Below are positions 18,526 through 27,971 of a stretch of 46,728 nt of DNA, in pieces; position 1 is the first letter of the stretch, and every line of letters begins with the position of its first letter. Both the position numbers and the translations under genes were made by a program. Origin of the DNA: Prasinococcaceae sp. CCMP 1430. Taxonomy: Eukaryota > Plantae > Prasinodermophyta. The DNA lies in contig RQSC01001147.1 in the NCBI GenBank assembly GCA_013416795.1, positions 36,481 to 83,208 of the forward strand, in the 5' to 3' direction. Under the pieces are notes generated by a model. That model worked only from the letters and a program-made list of their open reading frames with translations, was not told the origin of the DNA and ran no database searches.

Positions 18526-21500
18526 ATGGGCGCCCTCGGGAGTGCGCGCCCCGCCGCGGCCACCCCCGCGGCCGCGGCCGCCATGGTCGCGGCGCTGAGC
18601 TTCGCCATCCTCGCGGCAAACCTGCCAGGCGCCGAGGCGGCCATATGCGGCGACGGCACCGACACGGGGATCAGCGGCGCGGGGAACAGCTACTACCGCA
18701 TGTGCGATGCCTGCCCTGAGACGTCGACGGGCTGCGAGAGCGACGACTGCACGCTCATGCCCGACGACAAGTGCAAGTACATTCTGGACAACGAGCGCCG
18801 CTCGGCCTCGCTGCACTGGAACTACCGGCGCCCGGCGAAGGCGAAGAGCCCCTCGTGGTTCATCAACAAAATTCGCCCTTACCGCTCCAGCTCGCACACG
18901 TACTGGAGCGTCGTGGGTAACACGTACGGCTACGGCGGCCTCCAGCAGATCCTGAGCAGCAGCGAGGCTGGGCAGGACGTCACGGACTGGACCAAGGCGG
19001 ATATCGTCGCCCACGAGAAGGAGTGCGCACAGACCGACGTCGGCTCCTACTACAGGCCCGTGAACGGGACCAACTCGCCCTACTTGGAAGGCTGCAACGG
19101 CCCTGCGGAAACGGGCACCCACTTCGGCGCTCTGATTTTCTCCGTGTGGGACCAAGGTTGCGACAGGGATTACAATCCGAACTGCGACCCCAACGAAGTC
19201 GCCAAGACGATCGTCTGCGGCACTGGGGTGTACTGCAGCGACTTCGGAGGCGAGGGCACCGGCCGCAAGTCCCTTCTCAAGAGCAGTGCCGACTGGCCCT
19301 TCCCTATTTCCGGGGATGACTACTATCTGGCGATTCAGGCCGAGCCCATTCAGGACGGTGCGCGCATGCGCTACACCGGCTACTGCTGGGCAGAGGTGTT
19401 CGGCGGCTGGAAACTCCTGTCCAAGATCGAAGTTGGCACCGGCGGGAAGGACTGGGCGATCGACGGCCTGTACGCCTTCCTCGAACAGTACACGGGGGCC
19501 GACGGGCTGGCGACGCGCAGCGGCGCGTACGGCCCTGCCTGGATGGCTGGCAATGACCCCGACGGCAAGGACGCCGCCTGGGCGAGCTTCGAGCAGATTA
19601 AGAGTGCGTCGTACGACCACGGCACGCTCGAGAGCTATGGCCACGTGAACTCTCGCGCGGATCCTGACAGTGACGGCTTGATTCTCGAGATGGGCGGTGA
19701 GGTGACGCACACGGCCGCGAAGGGCAAGATGTATGACTTTGTGGACGTGGAGCTCCCCGCGCCTATTGCTGAGCTGTCGACCAAGCGCGCGTGCCTGCTC
19801 GGGGCCATGACGCTGGAGTCCATCAATGATTGCCTCGAGAATGAGCAGGTAGCCGCGAATGCGCCGCCATCACCTCCTGCGAGCCCGCCGCCGCCGTACG
19901 ATCCGAACTGTGACGACGCTGAGACGGAGGTGCGATGTGGCGGACACTCCGCCACGTGCTGTGCCATGTGCCCGTACAACAATGGAGTGTTTGCAGGCTC
20001 CAGCTGGTGCAATGGCGTGTGCGAGTGGCACGCCGACGCCCAGCTGTGCGTAGCAAAGGGCGAGTCTAAGCCTTATGTCTCTACTGGTGACGATGATGAC
20101 ACGATGGCGCCCAGCACGCCGAGCACCGGCAAGCCGACCAGCTCCGAAGAGGACACTGGTGAGTCGCCGAGCGACTCCACCCCCGTTCTCGACAAGTGCG
20201 ACGATCCGGATTCGGATGTCTCGTGTGGCGGGCACCGGGCCACTTGCTGCAGCCAGTGCCCGTACAGTGGCAGCACGTACGTAGGCGCCTCTTGGTGCAA
20301 CGGTGACTGCAAGTGGAGCTACGATCAAGAAGACTGCGTGTCGAGATATGCGCCGAGTCCGCCACCCCCGCCGCCGCCACCCACACCCGAAGCGGCCTGT
20401 GCGGCCCTGGAATCCGAGGGTGAATGCGACGAGGAGGGCACTGGGTGCATGTGGATCGGAGGCGATGGCGACGAGCCGAGCGAAGATGGTGATGACAAGC
20501 CTGACGACAAGCCCGCCGAGCCAACGCCTGCTCAGTGCGCGAAGCCGAAGAAGAAGAAGTGCGGCGACGGCTGCGAATGCGCGGACAAGAAGTGCAAGTC
20601 GTGCAAGCCCGCCGGGCCAATGCCTCAGCCTGACGACAAGCCCGCCGAGCCAACGCCTGCTCAGTGCGCGAAGCCGAAGAAGAAGAAGTGCGGCGACGGC
20701 TGCGAATGCGCGGACAAGAAGTGCAAGTCGTGCAGGCCCGCCGAGCCAACGCCTGCTCAGTGCGCGAAGCCGAAGAAGAAGAAGTGCGGCGACGGCTGCG
20801 AATGCGCGAACAAGAAATGCAAGTCGTGCAAGCCCATCGCCACTGGGGCGCCAGGCAAGAAGGCCGGAGGGAAGAAGAAGAAGGGAGGCAAGCGCGCTCT
20901 GCTCGAGTACGAGAATGCGAAGTGCGTGCCCCTGCCACCATCCCCCCCGCCCCCGCCGTTCGTGCCCCCGCTCGCTGAATGCTCCCACGGCGTTGCGTGC
21001 GTGCATCCTTCACCTTCATGGCGCGCTTGAAGCCCGAGCCCGCCCCCCCCGCCGCTTCAGTGCTCGAGCCTCACGGCGAAGGGCGACTGCAACGCGGCCG
21101 CCGAAGCACACCTCTGCACCTGGTACAAGCAGTCCTGCGTCGATGCAATTGATGCGAAATGCGATGGCGCTGGCGACAGCAAGCAGAGCTGCGAGGAGAC
21201 CGCGGGTTGTGCCTACGAAGGCGGCCAGTGCATTCCTGTGCCCCCTTCGTCATACGCACCAATGGTGTCGTTCACTTTCAGCCCGGACACTGCGATCGAT
21301 GCCCAGGTGCTCGAGGAAGGCCGCTGCGAGACTCCCGTGGGCATCGAGGGAATGATTGGCGTCCTCGTTCTCGAGGATGATGGCTCATGCTGGACGGGGG
21401 CCTACTCCGACAACGAATGGAATGTCCAGCCGGGCACCGTGGTGGCGAGCAGTGGCGAGAGCTATGACGCTTTCTTGGTGGATCCGCCAGCTTACGCGGC

Positions 21501-23298
21501 CAACGACCCAGCCAATCCTGCTTGGCTTTTGGGGAAAGCCGTGGCGGCGTTTTACATCGAGGCAGGCGAAAGCCGCACCGTGTACGCGCTCACTCAGGGC
21601 GCCACTGGAGACTTCTCCGTGGTCGGCACAGCGGAAGTTGAGGGCGGTGACACCGATGGCTGGGTGGCGACGGACCTGACGCTCAACTTCTATACGGCCC
21701 CACGCATCTTCACGGTGGTCGATCCATCCACCGTACTGGACTCGGCGACTCCCTATAACGACAACACCGACCACAGGCAGATGTCGCTGGAGACCCCGTC
21801 GGCGCAGCTCTTCGGTGATTTTTACAGCACCAGCGAGGGCTCGCGCCCGTACGACACGACAGACTTCGGCGTCTCGCCCTCGGCGCACTACCACACGTAC
21901 AACGACGACCGCCGTTTCTTCCAGGTGACAGATGCACTCGGCCGCACTGGCGTCGTCTGGCAGAACCAGAAGGGAGATGGCCGTGAGATTTACGTGACTC
22001 TGCTGGACTCCTCCGACAACTCCGTCGCCGACGTGATTGAGCTGCCGAACGAGGATACGTACAATCTGCACGGCGCCATCAGCGACGCGAACGGCGACGT
22101 CATCTACTTTACGGCCGACGACGACGACGGCGACTCGTACTCGCCACTTCCCGGGCTTGTGCAGCGCGCTGCGGCCCACAGCGGCGAGCTCAAGGCAAGC
22201 ACGTCATGGAAGATGGGAACCATGATCGAGAGCAATCCTTCGAACAAGTGGGGGTTGTCAGACACCCTGCAAGTGAACACCATCATCTCCGGTATGTCAC
22301 TGGACATCGACTTGAGCGTGACGCCCAACGTCGTGTACATGAGCCTCGCGTATTGCGCCTGCCAGCCTGATGGGCACTGCCGCGGCAACACGGCGTCGTA
22401 CGATGTCTCTACGCTCGAGCCGATCCATTACTACGGCCAGACGAGCAGCCACCAGTGGGGCTCCACCATGAAGGTGGAGAGCGACGATGGCTACCTCTAC
22501 CAGATGGATGTCTCGGACAACTTCCCGCGCGGCGTCTCCATCTTCCGGAAGGACCTGAACGGCACGGTGGCAGCTGATTACTGGAACAACAACAACGCGG
22601 ACAGGCTCGTTTTCACCTTCAAGACAAAGCACTACGAGGACATGAGCGGCTCCAACGACAACTACGTGTACTCGGAGATCGGGCGCAGGGGCATCGTCAA
22701 GACCCCAGGCGGGCGTCTCCTCTTGTTCTTCATCGGCGAGCACAACGCCAATGGCGAGGCGATCAAGAACAGCGACGCGGTGACCGCCCTCAACAACGCG
22801 CGGCAGGTCGGCATGGTGGAGATCCCCTACGACCTGGACGACAAGAGCGTCTTCTCGACTGGCACCTACCCCGACGAGGTCAGTGGCTATCTCGACTTCG
22901 GCGGAGGGTCGAGGGATCAGAAGAACGAGGGAATCAAGTGGCTCACGACTCACGACGCGGACGACCTCGATTCCAACGCGTACGGCCTCAAGGTGGCCCG
23001 CATTGCCGACGACAAGGTTATGCTCATCTACGAGCTCTGGACGGAGACGGCCTACCGCGCCACGTATGCGATGCTTGTGGACGACCACGGCGCGATTCTT
23101 TCTGGACCAACGGCGCTCCCGTACGACGCGCGCGTCCTCATCGGCGACGACATGCTCGCCGTGCCCGCCTCTGCGGCCGTCAAGGCGGCCCTCGCCGCCG
23201 CGGGGCGCGACGTGCCTGATGACCTCATGAGCGCCGTCTGGTGGCAGGGCGACAAGACTACGGAGGAGCTGAGGAGGTGGGAGATCCCTGCCATCTGA
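18526..23298 (+). CDS. Large secreted mosaic protein: DUF3472-like domain, Cys-rich repeats, SPPPP linkers, Lys/Cys repeats and an uncharacterised C-terminal domain; one probable intron ending at 21060
   Basis: Signal peptide. DUF3472-like motifs SLHWNY..WFIN, IFSVWD, FGGEGTG, AFLEQY, RSGAYGPAW. ORFs 18526-21030 and 21061-23298 share a frame and are separated by one TGA. TTCAG acceptor at 21060. Confidence 0.7.
20498..20833 (+). repeat. Three near-identical coding repeats (about 96-bp core) encoding PAEPTPAQCAKPKKKKCGDGCECADKKCKSCKP
   Basis: Copies start at about 20511, 20640 and 20736 and differ by only a few substitutions. Confidence 0.95.
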
Positions 23299-23473
23299 TC
23301 CACGACGGCGTCCGACGTACGCGTCGCCTCCAAACGAGCCAAAATCCTGCTCCGATAGGCTACCACCGCGAGCCCAGGAGCGCGCGTTCCCGTAGCTAGC
23401 TCGGTGCCTGCAAGTCACTTTTGCGGTAACACACAGAACAGTGATGAAAAATGCAGCTATCAAGCCATACATA

Positions 23474-23645
23474 CAGATGTGATCTTTGAAATCGTCGCCC
23501 TCGCCAGGCGGATGTACGCCCGCCTAAAAATCGTTCCAGCGCGCGCCGCTCGGCCAGGGCGCCCAGTTTTACTCGGGCTACTCATCGAAACTTTTCGCAC
23601 CCCCGCCGCTGCAGCGAGGCGCCTTTTCATTAAAGATCACCTCTG
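23474..23645. mobile_element. Putative Tc1/mariner-type MITE (172 bp)
   Basis: 14-bp terminal inverted repeats CAGATGTGATCTTT and AAAGATCACCTCTG (13/14 match), flanked by TA on both sides; no ORF. Confidence 0.6.
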
Positions 23646-23677
23646 TAGTCCACTACTAGTCTCTAGTCTCTAGTGGG

Positions 23678-23834
23678 AGACGCATGCGAACTGACCTGAA
23701 AAAAGGAACAATCCCGTGGGTATACTATACCGTAGTACTAGAGTACGTATCTTAAACAACGTTGTACCGCACGCGTTTGGCGGGCGCTGCGCCTCACGAG
23801 CGCGAAGACGCATGCGAACTGACCTGAAAAAAGG
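23678..23834. repeat. Exact 29-bp direct repeat pair AGACGCATGCGAACTGACCTGAAAAAAGG
   Basis: Copies at 23678-23706 and 23806-23834 (128-bp period). Confidence 0.9.
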
Positions 23835-24418
23835 GACTATATTGTACATATGCCAAACCTCGATTTGCCGTTGATGCGGCATACGGTAGCGAGTGATGTG
23901 CGTGCCGCCTGGCGCCGGCGAGCGATTCGCCGGGCCGCGCGCGCGGCGCGGCGGACCCACCCACCCGCCTGCTGCGCTCGCTCGCGCGCTGGCGGCCACA
24001 CAGCCGCCGCGCGCATGCGGCGCGCGCGGTCGGGATTCGTTCGAATTCTCGCATGTATTCACATGGATTCCATACATTTCACCTCTTATAGCTTGAACAA
24101 ACCTATTGGGATTCGTATTTTATTTCGGGGAAGGTTTTGGATTCCACGTTGGGGCTGAGGGTTTCTCCTCCCGCCGGGGCGGCGGCTGCGGCGGCCAGCC
24201 GCCGCGCGGCGGCGCGCGTGGACCTGCCCCCCTGCAGAGATCCGAATCCCAGGTCAGTTGTAACGTTCCTCGACCGGCTCCCAGACGAAGGGGCACGCGC
24301 GCGCGCCAGCGCACCCTCTCTGCCCTCCTCCCCCCGCCGCCGCCCGGGGCGTTCCCCCACGTCACATCGTAATGCGGGGCACCCCACGACGCCGGGCGGG
24401 CCGCGCGGCGGGCCGCGC

Positions 24419-24688
24419 ATGGTGACGCCGGCGGCGGCCAAGGCGGACGCGCGCGTCGAGGTGCAGGAAAAGGGCGCGTACGACGACCTCTCCGGCATGC
24501 TCTCGGGCGAGCGACTCAACGGGCGGCTCGCAATGGTGGGCGTGACGTGCGCACTCGTGAATGAGCTCGCCACGGGCAAAGGCATCCTCGCGCAGCTTGG
24601 CGGCTACTACACCGTCAGCGGGCTCGAGGACATCGTCAGCGCCGCGACTGAGGCCGCGGACGCTGTCCACACAGCGGCGGGCCACTGA
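24419..24688 (+). CDS. One-helix LHC-like protein (OHP/HLIP type); true start uncertain
   Basis: Chlorophyll-binding motif ERLNGRLAMVG...ELATGKGILAQL. Confidence 0.8.
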   Translation: MVTPAAAKADARVEVQEKGAYDDLSGMLSGERLNGRLAMVGVTCALVNELATGKGILAQLGGYYTVSGLEDIVSAATEAADAVHTAAGH

Positions 24689-24890
24689 GGCCGCACGCGC
24701 TCTTGCACACAAACACGCACTTGCACACGCGCAAGCGCAAGCGCGCGCTCACGAAGTGAGAGTGCCAGCAGGCGGATCGTCTAGAGAGAAAGGCAGAGAG
24801 AGAGATGTAGCAGGGCGACCGCCTGTGCATGTACACGAGGGTCCACGGGGCACTGTAATGTCTGTACACTAACATTCGAAAGGCGTCGCC

Positions 24891-27302
24891 TCAGTATTGG
24901 GCGCGGCCGGCCATCTTGCGCTTGAGGTTCTTCACCATGCTGCTCATGCCGCTCTTCTTGGCTGCTGCCGCCGCCTCGGCGGCGGCGACGGCCTCTCGAG
25001 CTGCGCGCAGCTTGTCGGATTCCCCGCCACTCTTGCCGCCCCTCGCGCCGCCCTTCTTGCCAGGCGCGCGCGCACCTGCCTCGCGCGCAGCCTCGCGTGC
25101 GTCCCGGCGCCTGCGCGCCGCGCTGACCTCCTGGGAGAGCGCGCTCTTGGGGTCGAAGCGCGGGTTGGTGGGGTCGAGCGCGAACTCGGGGCGGCTGAGC
25201 AGCGCGCCGAAGCGGCTGTCCTCCACGTTCACCTTGAAGCCGTCCTCAGCGGCCTCGGCCTCGCCGTCGGAGTCGTTCTCCGCGAGCTGCGAGCGTCGCC
25301 GCTGCTTTTTCAGGCGCTGACGCTCCTTGCGGCTCAGCCGCTCGCCCGCCTCGCCGCCATCGGCGGCGGCGCCGCCCGCCACTGCGCTCGCCATGCCCGC
25401 TGACACACCTCGCGCCGACATGCGCAGCGCATTGTCGTCCATCAGGAGAAGCTCGAGCTCGGCGCGCTTCTGCCGCGCCGCCTCATCGCCCGCGCCATCC
25501 TCGCCTGAGTCGTCTCCCCCACCCTCCGCGCCCCTCTTCCTGTTCTTCTTGCCACCCTTGGCCTTCTTGTTGCCCTTGGCGCCCTTTCCAGCATCTGCCG
25601 CGAAGGGGTCGACGCCGTCATCGACGTTCATGAAGAAGGGGTCGTCGAAGCCCAGGTCGGCACCGCCGTCCGCGCCGCCCTGGGGGGCGTCGCCCTGGGG
25701 TATCGGATTGCCTTCGGCGTCCTCGTACATGCCGTCACCGTCGTCGCCGCCATCGCCGCCGCGCGCCGCGCGCGCCTGCTCGTCCGCGCGCTTCGCCTTG
25801 CGCTCCTTGCGCTTCTCCCGCTTCTCGCGCAGGTATTTCTCCCACACCGTCTCGTCCGCACTCGCCGCCGCCTCCTCGCGTTTCTTCATGGCGGCCTTTG
25901 CAACACTCTCCAGCCGCGTGTCGATGACCATCTCCATGGACTTGTCCTCCTCGATGCCCAGCGCGATGCCCTTGCCACCCTTGCGAGCGCGTGCGCCCTC
26001 GTTGGCGAACTCACTTGCCTTGGCCTTGCCGAACACGTTCGCGCCGGAATTGTCCGTGCCCAGGAGCGCGAGGTACTTCTGCGCAGCGGCCTCCTTGGCA
26101 GCCTCTTGCTCCTCGCCGTCGTCGCCCTCGTCGTCGTCCGTGTCGGCGAGATACGCCTTCAGGTCGTCAGCCTCCATGTCGTCGTCGTCGAAGCTGCCCT
26201 TCTTGAGCTTCTTGCGCGTTGGCTCGTCCGCATCCCACGTGAGCTCGATGTTTGAGTGTTGCAGCGCGCGCGTCTGGAAGTTTGGCTGCTTGTAGCGATC
26301 GGGCGCGGCGCTCGCCTCGTCAGGCCCGCCACCGTGCGCCACCGACAACTCGCGCGGCGGGCGCGTGAGCTTCATGTCGTCCGGCACGAAGCGTAGGTCG
26401 AGGCAGTTGCCCGAGCCCTCGAACTCGAGCCCGTCGCACTCGCCGTACAGCGCGTTGGCCGTCTGCGCGCTGTCGCACTCCACCAGTGCGAAGTAGTACC
26501 GCAGCCGCTCGCGCTCGTACTTGCGAAGCTCCTTGCTGCGCGGGTCAGCGTCTGCGAACCCGTTCTGCTCCTCCTCCTCAGAGTCGTCCTCGAAGTCCCC
26601 TCCACCCCGGCGCTGCTTCTTCTTCCGCTGCGCATCTAGGTACGCGCGCGGCCCGCTCACTGCCTCCTCGGCCAGCCGCTGCGCCCCGAAGTCGGTGGGA
26701 CGCACCGACACGCGCAGTACGGAACCACCGCGCGGTGCGAAGCTCTTCAGTAGCATGAGCAAATCCACAGCGCGTAGGTGGTCCCAGTCGAGGTTGCACA
26801 CCGCGAGACGCGCAGTCTCTTCGCCCGTGAGATGTGGTGCGTCTGCCTCGTCGCCGTCATCGTCCTCAGCGACGCCCCATGCAAGCTCTTCCTCCGAGCC
26901 CGAGCCCGCATCCTCGTCGTCGTCCGAGTCTGTCGCAGCTTCTGTCGAGTCGGTGGAGTAGCCGTCGTCCGAGGCCGCTTCGTCATCGGAGCCGTCGCCG
27001 CCCTCAGCGCTCGCCTTGCCCTTCCGCGGCAGCGGGAAGCCGCGCTTGTCCACGCGCGGCCCGCGCTCGCGCGACGCACGGCCACGCGGCGCGAAGCGCT
27101 CATCTGCGGCGGCGGCGGCCGCCGCAGGCTCGGGCTTCTGACGCGCGAAGCGCGGGTCGGTGTGCACACGCGCGAAGCGCGCGTCGGTCTTCCTCGCTCT
27201 CTCCGCGCCCCCGCCAGCGGACCCGGCCCCCTTCCCCCCCGCCTGCGCCGCCCTCTTCCCTCCCTCGCGGCGCCCCGCGGCGCGCCCAGCGCCGCCCGCC
27301 AT
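24891..27302 (-). CDS. ESF1: Pre-rRNA processing protein ESF1 (803 aa), intronless
   Basis: RLAVCNLDWD, LRKYERERLRYYFALVECDS, ECDGLEFE..N.LDLRFVPD, and NUC153-like DSRFGALLSRPEFALDPTNPRF. Confidence 0.92.
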   Translation of the reverse strand: MAGGAGRAAGRREGGKRAAQAGGKGAGSAGGGAERARKTDARFARVHTDPRFARQKPEPAAAAAAADERFAPRGRASRERGPRVDKRGFPLPRKGKASAEGGDGSDDEAASDDGYSTDSTEAATDSDDDEDAGSGSEEELAWGVAEDDDGDEADAPHLTGEETARLAVCNLDWDHLRAVDLLMLLKSFAPRGGSVLRVSVRPTDFGAQRLAEEAVSGPRAYLDAQRKKKQRRGGGDFEDDSEEEEQNGFADADPRSKELRKYERERLRYYFALVECDSAQTANALYGECDGLEFEGSGNCLDLRFVPDDMKLTRPPRELSVAHGGGPDEASAAPDRYKQPNFQTRALQHSNIELTWDADEPTRKKLKKGSFDDDDMEADDLKAYLADTDDDEGDDGEEQEAAKEAAAQKYLALLGTDNSGANVFGKAKASEFANEGARARKGGKGIALGIEEDKSMEMVIDTRLESVAKAAMKKREEAAASADETVWEKYLREKREKRKERKAKRADEQARAARGGDGGDDGDGMYEDAEGNPIPQGDAPQGGADGGADLGFDDPFFMNVDDGVDPFAADAGKGAKGNKKAKGGKKNRKRGAEGGGDDSGEDGAGDEAARQKRAELELLLMDDNALRMSARGVSAGMASAVAGGAAADGGEAGERLSRKERQRLKKQRRRSQLAENDSDGEAEAAEDGFKVNVEDSRFGALLSRPEFALDPTNPRFDPKSALSQEVSAARRRRDAREAAREAGARAPGKKGGARGGKSGGESDKLRAAREAVAAAEAAAAAKKSGMSSMVKNLKRKMAGRAQY

Positions 27303-27971
27303 CGCCGCCGACCGCGCCAGCCGCGCCTCTGCCCGCCTCCACCAACCGCTCCTGCTCTCCGACCCCGCTCGCGGCCCTCGCCGCCCCACACCCCTCCGGC
27401 CCCAGGGGCGCCCCCCAGCGCCCGCACTGTGGCACCTGCAGCCCAGCCGCCGGAGCCGCCGGCCGCCGCTGCGCGCCTTTTCGGCGCCCCCATCAGATCG
27501 CATTACGCGAACAAAAAAAAGCAAAAGATCGCCCGTGGGTACATTGTACACAAAATATAGTACAATATACACCATTCTGGCGGCTGGGAGTGAGCTGGTA
27601 TTTTGGTCGATTTTCCGTGAAAAATGGCGGCTGAAAAAAGCGGTGTTAGGGCGCGGGCACGTGCGGCCGCGCCACAGCACGTGCGGGGGTGTGAGCGGAG
27701 GAGGGGGGTTAGGAGGTGGCGGAGGGGCGTCGTCTCCGCCCGCTGCGCTCTCCTGCTGTGACGGATCGCGGCGCCAGCGCGGTGTCACGCGCGCGCGCGC
27801 GCGCGCGCGCTGCGGCGCAGCGCGGGCCAGAAGGCCGTGGCGCTCGTGCCGGGGGGAGTGCGGCGACGGGCAGTGGGTAGGCAGGCGGGTGGCTAGCTGG
27901 CGTGTTAGCACCCACGAGCGCGGACTTGAGGCCTTGAGGCGAGCGCACGCGGCTCTTACACAACCTCAGGC

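Noticed and set aside
21028-21030. TGA as selenocysteine
   Set aside because: It lies in a Pro/Ser linker rather than a redox motif, I could not identify a SECIS, and a good splice acceptor lies nearby.
23651-23675. CACTA...TAGTG as a CACTA transposon
   Set aside because: Only 25 bp, with no 3-bp target duplication or subterminal repeats inside.
23678-23834. 29-bp repeat pair as a CRISPR array
   Set aside because: Two copies only, a 99-bp spacer, no cas genes, and a eukaryotic context.
24031-24052. GTTCGAAT as a further tRNA T-loop
   Set aside because: No matching T-stem, D-arm or anticodon arm on either strand.
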